Below are positions 18,107-32,464 of a stretch of DNA of 64,000 nt, piece after piece. The stretch is from assembly GCA_964016885.1 (NCBI GenBank), contig OZ024740.1, positions 215,078,001-215,142,000 of the forward strand, read 5' to 3'. Position numbers and translations under genes: made by a program. The DNA comes from Eledone cirrhosa. Taxonomy: Eukaryota. The notes beneath the pieces were generated by a model. It was not told the DNA's origin and did not search any database. It worked only from the letters and a program-made list of their open reading frames with translations. How positions within the stretch are numbered: the first letter of the stretch is position 1; each line of letters starts with the position of its first letter.

Positions 18107-18584
18107 CATCATCATCATCATCATCAACGTTTAACGTCCGTGTTCCACGCTTGCATGGGTTTGGACGGGGGTAGTCCCACTTGAGGCAAGAGTGATTGTC
18201 TTGCTCGCATAGGACTGTCTGGCAGGTTTTCTACAGTTGGATGCCCTTCCTAACACCAACCACATTTACAGTGTGGGTCTGGGAGGTTTTTACCGTGTTG
18301 CCTACACGGCCACATTACAGCGTGGACTGTGTGTTTTTTTGTCGTGACACCTACACGATCTCATTTGTTTCGGCCTCGATGGCGCGGCACCAACATAACT
18401 TTACATAGAACGGGGTGGTGTGGATCGGGTGGGGGTGGTGGGACGGGGTGTATTTGTTAGAGATGCCTACTGGCTGGAGTAGGTTTTACTATATATTTAG
18501 GTAAGGCGGGTCTTCTCTGTTACTCGCCTTACCTAAATATATAGTAAAACCTACTCCAGCCAGTAGGCATCTCTAACAAATACA
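18107..18584 (-). mobile_element. RTE family A 3' UTR copy with a 60-bp fold-back at its 5' junction
   Basis: Same UTR as 5525-6380. Perfect inverted arms at 18449-18508 and 18525-18584. Confidence 0.85.
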
Positions 18585-18775
18585 TATATATATGTATATA
18601 TATACACACACACATATACACATACACATATGTATGTATATATATATATATATATACACACACACATATACACATACACATATATATATATATATATATA
18701 CATACATATATACACAAATATATATATACACACACACACACACACATATACACATGCATATGTATAAATATATAT

Positions 18776-18816
<41 letters not shown>

Positions 18817-19015
18817 CCATACATATACAAATATACACATACATACACAGACCTACACATAAATATACACATATATACAGACATATAACGCATATATACA
18901 CACATATATACACATATATATATATAAATATATACATACACACGCATACACACATACACACACACGCACACAAATATATATACACACTCTCTCGCACGCA
19001 CATATATATACATAT

Positions 19016-19131
<116 letters not shown>

Positions 19132-19147
19132 ACATACACACACACAC

Positions 19148-19228
<81 letters not shown>

Positions 19229-19286
19229 CATATACACATACATACATACATACATACACATACACATACATACACATATATACACA

Positions 19287-19338
<52 letters not shown>

Positions 19339-19479
19339 AACATATATACATATACATACATACATAAATATACACACATAAAACACATATACACACAAAA
19401 ACATATATATATATATCTATATATATACACATACACATACATATACACACATACAAACAAATAAACACATACAAATAAA

Positions 19480-20100
19480 TATGTACTCAATAAATATACG
19501 CATATACGCAGGCACATAAAAACACCTCTACAGGCAGAAAATGTAGATACGAAAGAGGTACTCACATAACCATAGTGGCCGTATTTCAGGTTGAGGAGGG
19601 GTGGGGGTAGGGTGGGGAGGAGGTATAGGGGCCAATAGGGGGAGGTCGTTTTTAGCCATCGGGCTTTAACACTGGCTTAAAGTGTTTGAAAGTTGCAAAG
19701 TTCTTGTGCATGCAGTTCGGGCAGTGTTCAGAGAGTTTGTTCAGTAGCGGGCCCTTGGCGAATAAAATTTCGTAGCTCTCTGAAATACAAAGGTCGCAGC
19801 CCTTGTGTCCTCCGTTGTAAGAGCGCGCTTTCTGGAGTATTTTCCATTTAAGCGTGAAGGGGGTGGAGTTCCTTTTGAGGTCCCAAACGTAGGAGGCGAG
19901 TGTTGTCTGATTTGATTTATCCGGTCTGCTGAAGGAGTGGGTATGGGCATACCAACGGGTCTTAAAGTTGTTGGAGGTCATGCCGATGTAAGTTTTTTTG
20001 CAATCCTCGGTGCCTGAGATGACATCGCATTTGTATACGATATCATTTGTGAGGCATTTGTTTTCAAGTGGGCATGCTTCCTTATTTAGGCAATTACATA
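19480..20100 (-). mobile_element. Neptune-type PLE 3' end (Cys-rich linker plus GIY-YIG endonuclease)
   Basis: The frame ending at 19652 reads [24 protein letters not shown]...[18 protein letters not shown]...LASYVWDLK...CDLCISE...LLNKLSE..CMHK. Confidence 0.88.
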
Positions 20101-20176
20101 TGTATATATATATATATATAAATATATATATATATGTGTGTGTGTATGTGTATGTGTATATGTGTGTGTGTGTGTA

Positions 20177-20199
<23 letters not shown>

Positions 20200-20221
<22 letters not shown>

Positions 20222-20280
20222 TTGTATGTATGTTTGTATGTATATATATATATATATATATGTGTATGTGTATGTGTATA

Positions 20281-20327
<47 letters not shown>

Positions 20328-20436
20328 ATATGTATGTTTGTATGTATGTTTGTATGTATATATATATATATATGTGTGTATATATGTGTGTATATGTATG
20401 TATATGTGTATATTTTTATATATATATATATTTATG

Positions 20437-20471
<35 letters not shown>

Positions 20472-20646
20472 ATATGTATATATATGTGTGTGTGTATATA
20501 TGTGTGTATGTATTTGTGTATATATGTATGTATGTGTATGTGTGTGTGTATATGTGTATGTATATATGTGTGTGTGTGTGTGTATATGTATATATATATG
20601 TGTATATATATATATATGTATATATATGTGTATATATATATGTATA

Positions 20647-20717
<71 letters not shown>

Positions 20718-20728
20718 ATATATGTGTA

Positions 20729-20789
<61 letters not shown>

Positions 20790-20825
20790 ATGTATATATA
20801 TATGAATATATGTATGAATGGTGTA

Positions 20826-20880
<55 letters not shown>

Positions 20881-20943
20881 GTATATATATATGTATATAT
20901 ATATATATATGTATGTATGGTGCTCTTTCCTTATATATGTGTA

Positions 20944-20974
<31 letters not shown>

Positions 20975-21033
20975 GTGTATGTATGTGTGTGTGTGTGTAT
21001 GTATATGTATATATTTGTTTATGTATGTATATG

Positions 21034-21086
<53 letters not shown>

Positions 21087-21162
21087 TTGTGTGTATGTGT
21101 GTGTATATGTATATATATGTGTGTGTATGTGTTTTTTATATATATATATATATATATGTGTA

Positions 21163-21193
<31 letters not shown>

Positions 21194-21194
21194 G

Positions 21195-21252
<58 letters not shown>

Positions 21253-21439
21253 GTATATATATATGTGTATGTGTGTGTCTGTGTATATATATGTATATAT
21301 ATCTATGTGTATTTGTGTGTATATGTATACACATGTATATTTGTGTTTGTATGTATGTGTGTGAGTGTATTTATATGTGTATATATGTGTGTGTGTGTGT
21401 GTGTATATATATGTATGTGTGTGTGTATGTATATATATA

Positions 21440-21482
<43 letters not shown>

Positions 21483-22185
21483 ATGTATATGTATGTATAT
21501 AAATATATTTATATATATGTGTGTGTGCTGTTATGTGTGTATAGGTGTATGTGTATGTGTGTTTATGGTTGCGCGTGAGTGTGTGAGTGAGTATGTTTTT
21601 TTGTGAATGTGTCTGTTGATTTTTGGCATATAGTTGATTAGTTTAAGAGAAGTTCGAAGATAATTGTAAGATATGCACTCAGTATTTTGAATCTGTCTAC
21701 AGAATTCTCTAAACCTTTGTCACTTAGTAGAACCTTAATGATTTTAGCTTTTAAAGAATCTCCCTTTTCTTTAATTCTATCGACCATGACTGACCCCCCA
21801 CTGATCTTATAGACATCTGTTAGCTTAAGAGAAACTTAATGACAAGGAATGGTATGCCATCCGGAACCTGTTTATAGAATTCTGTCTGCCCTTGTTACTA
21901 ATAACATAAATAAATAAAAATAAACTATAGCTTTGTAGAATTAGCTTTTAATGAATTTTCTATCAACCAATGACCTACACCCATCCCACTCCCCACCCTC
22001 TCCTACCACTTGTAGAGACCTATAAATACCATTTTATTTTTTGATACCCAGATTCCTGATGATTTCTAAAGAATGAAACAGTTCTAGTCCTGTAGAATCT
22101 CATCTATATTAAAACTTTTATACTCTGCTATGTATTGAGTACCTTACTTACTGTGGTTACCTCCGATTCAACCCGGAATAACGTG
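20200..22185 (+). mobile_element. PLE pseudo-LTR, right arm with complete 3' terminus
   Basis: Mirror of 16259-18105, plus a terminus tattgagtaccttacttactgtggtta...cccggaataa also seen at 52045-52095. Confidence 0.82.
22050..22100 (+). ncRNA. Type I hammerhead ribozyme, intact core
   Basis: agattc-CTGATGA-t ttc taaa gaa t-GAAA-cag ttctagtc ctG TA-gaatct. Stem I is 6 bp, stem II 3 bp, stem III 3 bp, and the cleavage triplet is GUA (cut after 22094). Confidence 0.8.
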
Positions 22186-22209
22186 TATATATATATATAT
22201 ATATATACA

Positions 22210-22263
<54 letters not shown>

Positions 22264-22358
22264 TGTATATATATATGTCTGTATATATATATATATATAT
22301 ACATACATATATATACATATATATATATACATACATATATATACATATATAAACATAC

Positions 22359-22395
<37 letters not shown>

Positions 22396-22444
22396 CATAT
22401 ATATATATACATATAAATATATATACATATATATATATACATAC

Positions 22445-22480
<36 letters not shown>

Positions 22481-22554
22481 ATACATATATATACATATAT
22501 ATATATATATATACATACATATATATATATATATATATACATACATATATATAC

Positions 22555-23375
22555 ATGTGGGTGCAAACACAACTACATAGGACAGACGGGCACCTCATTA
22601 CGCAAAAGAATGACCATCCACCGCCAACAAATCCGGGACGCTAACACAAGAAAAATCCCCTTGAGCAGCCATATTGCGAACTGCGCAGGAATGACACTAC
22701 CCAACTTTAAAATCTTCCCCTTCTACAAGTGCTCAGATTCGTTCACACAACAACAAAGAATAAACAAAGAAAATCTATTCCTTAACAAATTTAAACCAAA
22801 ACTAAACGGGTTATCACCCCAATAGAATTGTCATAAAATATAAACACACATACGCACGGAATCACTACTATTAAAGACCAGAGACCAATTCTGTAGAATC
22901 AGGTTTATTCATTGACAGACCATGCCTTTGTGTGACCAACACATCCATGTTAAACCCTGCATGTGCACACACGTATATCTATATATATATGCGCACACAG
23001 AATTATTTTAATTTCACTGCCCCAACTTCTTATATTATGGAAAAAATATATGTGTCTGTATGTATATATATATATATATATTTGAAGGCCATTTCTCTGT
23101 GTGTGGGTGTATGTATGTGTGTGTGTGTGTGTGTGAGTATGTGTGTGCATGTGGATGTATGTATTGTGTGTGCGTGTGTGTGTGTGTGTGTGTATGTATG
23201 TGGGTATCTGGATGTATGCGTATGTGTATATATATATATATATGCATGTGTGTGTGTGTGTGTGTGTATATATATGTGTGTGTATGTGTGTATATATATG
23301 TGTGTGTGTGTGTGTGTATGTTTGTATGTGTGTATGTATATATATATATGTGTGTGTGTATGTATGTGTGGGGGG

Positions 23376-23459
<84 letters not shown>

Positions 23460-23498
23460 ATGTATGTGTGTATCTGGATGTATGTGTATGTATATATA

Positions 23499-23563
<65 letters not shown>

Positions 23564-23624
23564 ATGTGTATATATGTGTGTGTGTGTGTGTATGTATATG
23601 TATGTGTGTGTGTATGTATGTGTG

Positions 23625-23665
<41 letters not shown>

Positions 23666-24128
23666 GTATGTGTATGTATGTGTGGATGAAGGTATGTGTG
23701 TGTATATTGCTTCCACCCCCTCACTGACCAGCAGCTGGCTATTGCTAAATCTGACCTTTATAAAATAACCCACACCCCAAATAACTTCTCATTCACTACC
23801 AGAAAGGGACACAGCAGTCAACCTGTTGTTGCTACCTAGATGAAAACTGCTATGAAATCCCACAATGAATTTTATACTTGAATTTTCAAGTCTCAAATTT
23901 TAACTCTTCGTATTATTAATTTTTCTTAATATTAATCAACATTTGAAAAGATGGCTTTTGCAGACCCATCGAAACCGGTCATTTTTTATACCCTTTATTA
24001 TTTCCTTACCTTATAAAATTATGTTTTTTCACAAAAAAGTATTCTGTCTCTTATATATTCCATGTGCCATTACCAACCTCAATTTTCTCTATAACCTTCG
24101 TTTTGTGTAGAAAATTACACTTTTCACA
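22555..24128 (+). mobile_element. Second PLE family 3' end: GIY-YIG C-terminus plus pseudo-LTR
   Basis: 22555-22825 encodes [26 protein letters not shown]...LSSHIANC...[18 protein letters not shown] downstream degenerate hammerhead lies at about 23938-23985 (TTGAAAA-gatgg...ccatc-GAAA-ccggTC). Confidence 0.82.
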
Positions 24129-24191
24129 TATATATATATATATATACATTCATATATATATATATACATACATATATATATATATACATAC

Positions 24192-24226
<35 letters not shown>

Positions 24227-24249
24227 AACATATATATATATATATATAC

Positions 24250-24282
<33 letters not shown>

Positions 24283-24312
24283 CATATATATACACATACA
24301 TATATATATACA

Positions 24313-24418
24313 TAACGAAGGAAGTGTGGTAAGAAAACAGATGGACCGTAACGCACCAGAGTACTCAATACTTAGGATAGTAGAGGGGGTAATAGGAAAA
24401 TGTTTAAACCCGACGGTA
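24313..24418 (-). mobile_element. PLE pseudo-LTR terminal fragment (similar copy at 28351-28458)
   Basis: taacgaaggaagtgtggtaag...gtactcaatacttaggatagtagag, homologous to 5105-5205. Confidence 0.7.
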
Positions 24419-24644
24419 TATATCTATATATGTATATATAGATATATATACATACACATATATATATACATATATATGCATATATAGATATATATATACA
24501 TACACATATATATATACATATATATGCATATATATATATATATATATATACATACATATATACATACATATGCATATATATATATATATACATACATATA
24601 TACATACATACATATATATATACATACATATATATATACACATA

Positions 24645-25020
24645 ACTGGGATTTGTTAGTAACTGCCTCAATACAAATCTTGAGAAGCTAGGCTTCACAG
24701 GAACAGAAAGAACACAGCTAGTTAGGAAATTACAAGTACAATCCATTAATGGAACAGTAAAAATATGTAAAACATTCCAAAAATGTTGCATCTAATAATT
24801 GCATATACACATGTACAGATACAAAGCATATACACATGCACACATACAACTCAAAACATACACATCCACACATACAATAACATCCATATCTACACATGCA
24901 TGCATACATATCTACCTAGTTGATGTTGTGTAAATTCCAATGAGAGAGCCTTGTGTCTATGTTAGAAACCGACTCTCTCTCTATTGGTAAAACTTTGTGA
25001 AATTATAAAACCAGAAGAAC
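24645..25020 (+). mobile_element. 3' end of an RLE-class (R4/Dong/NeSL-like) non-LTR retrotransposon in (TA)n
   Basis: Encodes [17 protein letters not shown]...[20 protein letters not shown] then a stop. This resembles the C-terminus after the restriction-like endonuclease. Confidence 0.6.
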
Positions 25021-25087
<67 letters not shown>

Positions 25088-25179
25088 CATATATATATAT
25101 ATAGATACATATGTACATACATATATATATATATATATATAGATACATATATACATACATACATAACATACATACATAC

Positions 25180-25214
<35 letters not shown>

Positions 25215-25237
25215 CATATATACATACATATATATAT

Positions 25238-25771
25238 ATCATCATCATCATCGTTTAACGTCCATATTCCACGATCACATGGGTTTGGAGGGGAGTTTTC
25301 CCACTTGAGGCAAGAGTGGTTGTCTTGCTCGTATAGGACTGTCTGGCAGGTTCTCTACGGCTGGGTGCCCTTCCTAACACCAACCACATTTACAGTGTGT
25401 ACTGGGAGGTTTTTACCGTGTTACCTACACGGCCACATTACAGCGTGGACTGTGTGTGTTTTTGTCGTGACACCTACACGACCTCATTTGTTTCGGCCTG
25501 GATGTTGTGGTACCAACATAACTTTACATTGAAAGGAGTGGTGTGGATGGGGTGGGGCTAGTGGGACGGGGGTGTATTTTTGTTAGAGGTGCCTACTGAC
25601 TGTGGTAGGTTTCACTTTGTACTTAGGTAAGGTGGGTCTTCTGTATTACTGTGTAGCACCAAAGATCTCGGTCCAGTGACATTGTCTTGGAGAGGTGTAA
25701 GTGTGTGAGGTCGGAATTTATCAAGTCGTCCCAGGTTTTTCTGGGTCTGCCTACTCCGTGGCTACCATCTA
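25238..25771 (-). mobile_element. RTE family A 3' end
   Basis: Encodes [22 protein letters not shown], followed by the same UTR and (GAT)n tail. Confidence 0.9.
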
Positions 25772-26115
25772 TTTTTATATATATGTATATATATACATAT
25801 ATATGTATATATATACATATTATCATATATATATATATATATATACATACATATATATTTAGATATATACATACATATGTATATATACATATATACATAC
25901 ATATATATATACATAGATACATATATACATAGATATATATATACATATATACATACATATATATATACATAGATACATATATACATAGATATATATATAC
26001 ATAGATATATATATATACATACATACATATATACATAGATATATATATACATATATACATAGATATATATATACATATATACATATATACATAGATATAT
26101 ATATACATATATACA

Positions 26116-26155
<40 letters not shown>

Positions 26156-26211
26156 TACATAGATATATATATACATACATATATACATAGATATATATAT
26201 ACATATATACA

Positions 26212-26251
<40 letters not shown>

Positions 26252-26285
26252 CACATACATACTGTATATACATGCGTATATATAT

Positions 26286-26318
<33 letters not shown>

Positions 26319-26394
26319 TATATACATACATATATACATATATACATATATACATACATATATACATGCGTATATATATATACATATATACATA

Positions 26395-26434
<40 letters not shown>

Positions 26435-26441
26435 TACATGC

Positions 26442-26473
<32 letters not shown>

Positions 26474-26476
<3 letters not shown>

Positions 26477-26664
26477 CCAGTAAGACCCCGACAGCTGAGC
26501 TCAAGCCGTCTCGACGGCTAATTCTGGACTGAATTAGCCGTCGAAACGGCTTGAGCTCAGCTGTCGGGGTCTTACTGGTTCCTATTACCCACTCTACTAC
26601 CTCAAGTATTGAGTACTTTGGTGCGTTATGGTCCACCTGGTTCCTTACCACATTTCCTTCGTTA
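26474..26664 (+). mobile_element. PLE pseudo-LTR 3' end with fold-back
   Basis: Near-identical to 5012-5205. Confidence 0.75.
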
Positions 26665-26666
26665 TA

Positions 26667-26698
<32 letters not shown>

Positions 26699-27012
26699 CA
26701 TATATACATGCATATACATATATACATACATATATATACATATATATATATATACATATATATATATACATATATATATATACATATATACATGCGTATA
26801 TATATACATATATATATATAAATATATATATATACATATATACATACATATATACATGCGTATATATATATACATATATACATATATATATATATATACA
26901 TATATACATATATATACATATATATATATACATATATACATACATATATACATGCGTATATATATACATACATACATATATATATACATATATATATATA
27001 TACATACCTATA

Positions 27013-27512
27013 CATGGTGGCTGCCAACTCGTTTTCGAGTACGGCCACTACTTTATATCCATGTAGGAGAACCCCTACTGATGCGCTGAACAAGTGTGAC
27101 TTTTTAGTCCAGCCTGCGACTTGAAAACTCTGGTACAAACACTACACCTGTGACAATTATTGTCACATAGTGCTGGACCCATGACACCATGTGACAAGTG
27201 CAGAGAGATCTCCAGATATAAAGCAATGCCTGTGCCATGAAGCTTTTATAGTGAGCAAAGGCACTGCACAAAGCCAGTCCCACTCTCTTAACCAAGATGA
27301 TATTTACCAAAAAGGAGAACAAGTCAACATCATTGGATACCATCAGGGTTGCAGGTGTTATATCAGAGTATTCCTTCTCCTAGAATTCTGCCTTGACAAA
27401 GGTTAAGGGGTCATCTCTCCCGGTGATTTTGGATGGCCATTGACTCTTAAGAGCTCATTTGCCCTTTGACAGGTTTTGTTTTTAGTCCTGCAGGATGTCC
27501 AAAGTCACCCTC
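27013..27512 (-). mobile_element. Short non-autonomous RTE-derived element (5' UTR-like head plus Zn-finger-coding tail); related copies at 29137-29425 (-) and about 51630-51970 (+)
   Basis: Head aacctttgtcaaggcag..ctaggagaaggaatactctgatataa; tail encodes [16 protein letters not shown] and ends gagttggcagccacca. Confidence 0.6.
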
Positions 27513-27647
27513 CTATATACATACATATATACATACATATATATACATATTTACATATATACATACATATATATATATATACACACATACATATATATAC
27601 ATACACATATATATACATATATACATACATATATACATACATATATA

Positions 27648-27691
<44 letters not shown>

Positions 27692-27720
27692 CATATATAT
27701 ATATATACATACATACATAC

Positions 27721-27777
<57 letters not shown>

Positions 27778-27884
27778 CATACATACATACATATATATAT
27801 ACATACATTATTACTCACCTCCTACATATCATCATCATCATCATCATCGGACGTTAAACGATGATGATGATGATGATATGTAGG

Positions 27885-28212
27885 AGGTGAGTAATATTGT
27901 AGAACAATAAAACTATGCATATATAAGATAAGTAGCACTCAACAGTTGGTAGAACTGGAGTATATATGAAGAAGAAATTAAAAGATGCTTAAAAAAGTTC
28001 CGTATATTTTATTATGCGCATTTCGAAAACAACATCATCCTGGGACGAAAATTGTGTACTCATCAGAGAACAAATGTTTTTAGGCCTCATATCATGTTAC
28101 CTTATTTTATCCGAGAACACAATTTTTGTCCCAGCATGATGTTGCTTTCGAAATGTGCATAATAAAATATACGGAACTTTTTTTAACCATCTCTTAATTT
28201 TAATTTCTTCTT
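27885..28212 (-). mobile_element. PLE pseudo-LTR end with a hammerhead motif and an inverted partial copy
   Basis: Minus strand: CTGATGA-gtacacaa...ttgttttc-GAAA-tgcgcaTA at about 28012-28066. 27968-28060 mirrors 28112-28212. Confidence 0.7.
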
Positions 28213-28262
<50 letters not shown>

Positions 28263-28494
28263 CATATATATATATATTAATATATATACATGTATATATA
28301 TATATACATATATATACACATATATACACATACAAATATATATATATACATAACGAAAGATGTGTGGTAAGGAACCAGATGGACCGTAACACACCAGAGT
28401 ACTCAATACTTAGGATAGTAGAGAGGGTAATAGGAAAATGTTTAACCCCGACGGCATATATCTATATATGTATATTATATACATATATACATGC

Positions 28495-28525
<31 letters not shown>

Positions 28526-28534
28526 CATACATAT

Positions 28535-29028
28535 CTATCTATCTAAGGCGGGTAAAATTCCCGAGATCCATGGACGAGTTCTCTCCAGTGGTCTCTGTCC
28601 CTCATTATCGCTGCCATATCCTGCATCTCCAACAGACCAGTGTCTGTCCTTAGGGCATCAACATATGTTAACCTTGGTCTTCCTCTTCTAGTGTGTCCAT
28701 GTAGGGGCTCCCAAAGGAGCACTGAGTGCAATGTCAACTCTGGATGTCGGTGAGCATGTCCAGCCAACCTCAGTCTCCTCTGTGTCACTTTTGAGCTGAC
28801 TTTTGGGATGCTCCCATACAGCTCTGAGTTTTTCATCCTCAGTGTATACTGATTAATGTTCAGAGCCATCCTCAGCAATCTCGTGTAGCACCCATCCACC
28901 ATCTGAGTGAGTCTCTTGGTCAGTGTCCAAGTCTCAGACCCATACAGCAGCACAGACTCCACTACAGCAATGAAGAGGCGGATTTTCAGGTCTCTACGAA
29001 GGTCCGACTTCCACACCGATCTCAAGCT
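28535..29028 (-). mobile_element. 5'-truncated RTE-like LINE, family D
   Basis: Encodes LKIRLFIAVVESVLLYGSETWTLT...RRLRLAGHAHRH...RRGRP, with a (TAGA)n tail. Decayed relatives at 55660-56340 and 59125-59255. Confidence 0.88.
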
Positions 29029-29642
29029 GTATATATACATATACATACATATATACATATACATACATATATACATATACATACATATATACATGCGTAT
29101 ATATATACATATATACATACATATATATATATGTATATGGTGGCTGCCAACTCGTTTTCAAGTACGGCCAGTACTTTATATCCATGTAGGAGAACTTGTA
29201 CCGATGCGCTGAAAGAGTGTGACTTTTTAGTCCAGCCAACGACTTGAAAACTCTGGTACAAACACTACACTTGTGACAATTATTGATACATAGTGCCGGG
29301 CCCATGGTACCATGTGACGACAAGTGCAGAGAGATCTCCAGATATAAAGCAATGCCTGTGCTGTGAAGCTTTTATAGTGAGCAAAGCCAGTCCCACTCTC
29401 TTAACCAAGATGATATTTACCAAAAAGATATATATACAGGTATACATACATGTATACATATATATATATATACATACATGTATACATACATATATATATA
29501 TATACATACATGTATACATACATATATATATATACATATACATACATATATATATATATACATATATATACATACATATATATATACATATATATACATA
29601 CATATATATATATATACATATATATACATACATATTTACATA

Positions 29643-29675
<33 letters not shown>

Positions 29676-29765
29676 TTACATATATATATACATACATATA
29701 TATACACATATATATACATACATACATACATATATACATATATATATACATATATACATATATAC

Positions 29766-29798
<33 letters not shown>

Positions 29799-30063
29799 CA
29801 TACATATATATACATACTTATATATACATATATACATATATATACATTCATATATATACATATACATATATATAATCATATATATAAACATATATACATA
29901 CATATAAACATACATATATACATACATACATATATACATATATACATACCTACACATATATACATTCATATATATATATACATATATACATATACATACA
30001 CATATATATATATAAATAATCGCGTGGAAGATGAACGCTGATGATAATGTTACACACATATAT

Positions 30064-30361
30064 ATCATCATCATCATTTTACGTCCACTTTTCCCTGCTT
30101 GCAAGGGTGGGACGGGAACTGATTCTGGCTTGATTTCTACAGCTGGATGCCCTTCCTAACACCAACCTCATTTACAGTGAGTGCTGGGTGCTTTTTTGCC
30201 GTGGCACCTCCACGACCACTTTGCAGTGGAATGATAGAGACCCCAGTCCCTATCATCTCATTTCTACAGCTGAGTAAACTGGAGCAATGTGAAATAAAGT
30301 GTCTTGCTCAAGGAAACAACACATCACCCAGTCTGAGAATTGAACTCACAGCCATGTGCCT

Positions 30362-30365
<4 letters not shown>
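30064..30365 (-). mobile_element. SINE family A copy with an internally deleted head
   Basis: Reverse complement of 4590-4972, including the same hybrid tail. Confidence 0.85.
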
Positions 30366-30430
<65 letters not shown>

Positions 30431-30507
30431 TATATATATATATATAACATCATTATCACCATTTAACGTCCATATTCCACGCGAGGATTTATATATATAT
30501 TTATGAT

Positions 30508-30539
<32 letters not shown>

Positions 30540-30604
30540 CATGTAAGTATAGCTATATATAATATATATATGTGGGTGATAATAGTAATAATAGTCCTTT
30601 ACAT

Positions 30605-30635
<31 letters not shown>

Positions 30636-30669
30636 GTCATCATTATCTTTTTAAAAGTGGACATAAAAT

Positions 30670-30776
30670 AATTGTTTCTACTTATGGCACAAGGCCAGCA
30701 ATTACCCAGTGCATTACTGGTACTTTATTTTATCGACCCCCGTAAGGATGAAAGGCAAAGTTAACCTCGGTGGGAT
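30670..30776 (-). mobile_element. SINE family B 3' half
   Basis: Reverse complement of gaggttaactttgcctttcatccttacggggtcgataaaataaagtacc. Confidence 0.8.
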
Positions 30777-30977
30777 AAAATAATGATGATGACATATATA
30801 TATATATATGTATGTATGTATGTATGTGTATGTATGTGCATGCATGTATGTATGTGCATGTATGTGTGTGTATATATATATATACATGTAGATATAGATA
30901 TAGATACGTGTAGATATATACATATATATATACACACATACATATATAGATGTCTGTGTATGTATATATATATATAC

Positions 30978-31032
<55 letters not shown>

Positions 31033-31522
31033 TGTGTGAATGTGTGTGTGTGTGTGAATGTGTGTGTGTGTGAAAATTTTAACATCTTTATTACCTCCAT
31101 TTCAAAATGCTTTCTAATTCAAAATTATTTCAGGAAGCTAGTTGTAGAAATGAAAATCATAGACTTCATTGAATATAAAGAATGCAAAATAATAAATGAT
31201 AAAACACATTTATGTTCATATTCACTCTCTTCTCTTCCTCCCACTCTCAATCTATCTCCTCCTCCTTCTATCTATCTCCTCCTCCCTCTATCTATCACCT
31301 CCTTTTTTTATCTCCTACTCTCTATCTATCTATCTATCTCCTCCCTCTCTCTACTATCCATCTATCTCTCTGACCCCTTTCTCTCTCTCTCTAACTATCT
31401 CTCTGTCCCTTCCTATCTATCTTACTGCCAGTCTATTTATTAATGATTCTATATCTAAACTACATCTTGTGCAGCAACATAGTGCATGTAAAACACCCAA
31501 CAATGAAAAGACATCAACTTAC

Positions 31523-31605
31523 ACCTCTTGGTCATTTGCCAAAGTAACGAGTCCGGGAACAACGCGGGTTGATATTAACGTTTCACTCACACCCTGAATA
31601 AGTAA
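31523..31605 (-). CDS. RELCH: RELCH internal coding exon, third
   Basis: tattttgcag|TTA...GAG GT|gtaagt. 83 nt, phase 0 to 2, encoding LLIQGVSETLISTRVVPGLVTLANDQE. Recalled human sequence: LLVKGVNETLVAQRVVPALITLSSDPE. I found no next exon in 1-31500. Confidence 0.93.
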
Positions 31606-32464
31606 CTGCAAAATATAAGAAAAATAGTTGTTTTTTTTTCTTTTTAAATATATATAAATTAGATTTGTTTTTATTTACTTTCATTTTTTATTTGTTTTTC
31701 AGCTTGTAACAACTGTAAGAGGGGGAGGGAGTATTTCAAAGAGGAACAATTCAAAATACATTATGAAGGTCTAAGAGATTTCACTGCAGCTGGTCAGAAA
31801 ACCTGCTGTAAACAAAGAAAGCAATTCCACACTAGCTGGCTGTACACAAAAGACAGTAATTCCACACCAACTGTGTATGGAAAACAAAATAAATAAAAAC
31901 GTACAAACATAGTCACTGGTGTTCAACGTCGATGCTATATAAAAGGGACAGCAATATAAATTTAACAAAATGCATAACATACAAGAATAAAGACTAAATA
32001 AAATAAATATAAAAATAAATACATGTAAACTGGCATCAACTGCATGTTAATAGCAGCGGAAAAAAGATGAAGGCCAAGTGTATGATGTGAAGATAAAAGA
32101 CTGTAAATACAGCGGCCTGTTTAGAGAATAAGACAAAGGTATTTTCATAGCTTTCAATCAGTTATGACTGAATAGATGAAAATAAAACTTCATATTTTAA
32201 CAACTATTAACTTTTTAATGAACATTATTTCTAATTAGCAGAACAAATTGACTTTATTGTTCCTTAGTACAGTTCTTTTTTAAATGTTCTTACTGATATA
32301 TTTGGTAAAACAAGTTATAATAGATGAGTAAAATATAGATTTAGAAAGTAATATAGTTGAAAACAAAGCTGGCTGACAAAGTAAAACTTGGTTTAAGTTT
32401 ATATAGCAAATATACACTTATTAGTAAACACACACCACCAAATACTTTGTCCTTATATTCATAT

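Noticed and set aside
22826-22960. SECIS element, as reported for some selenoprotein-encoding PLEs
   Set aside because: I see no AUGA/GA quartet with an apical AA stem-loop, and the surviving ORF has no in-frame TGA.
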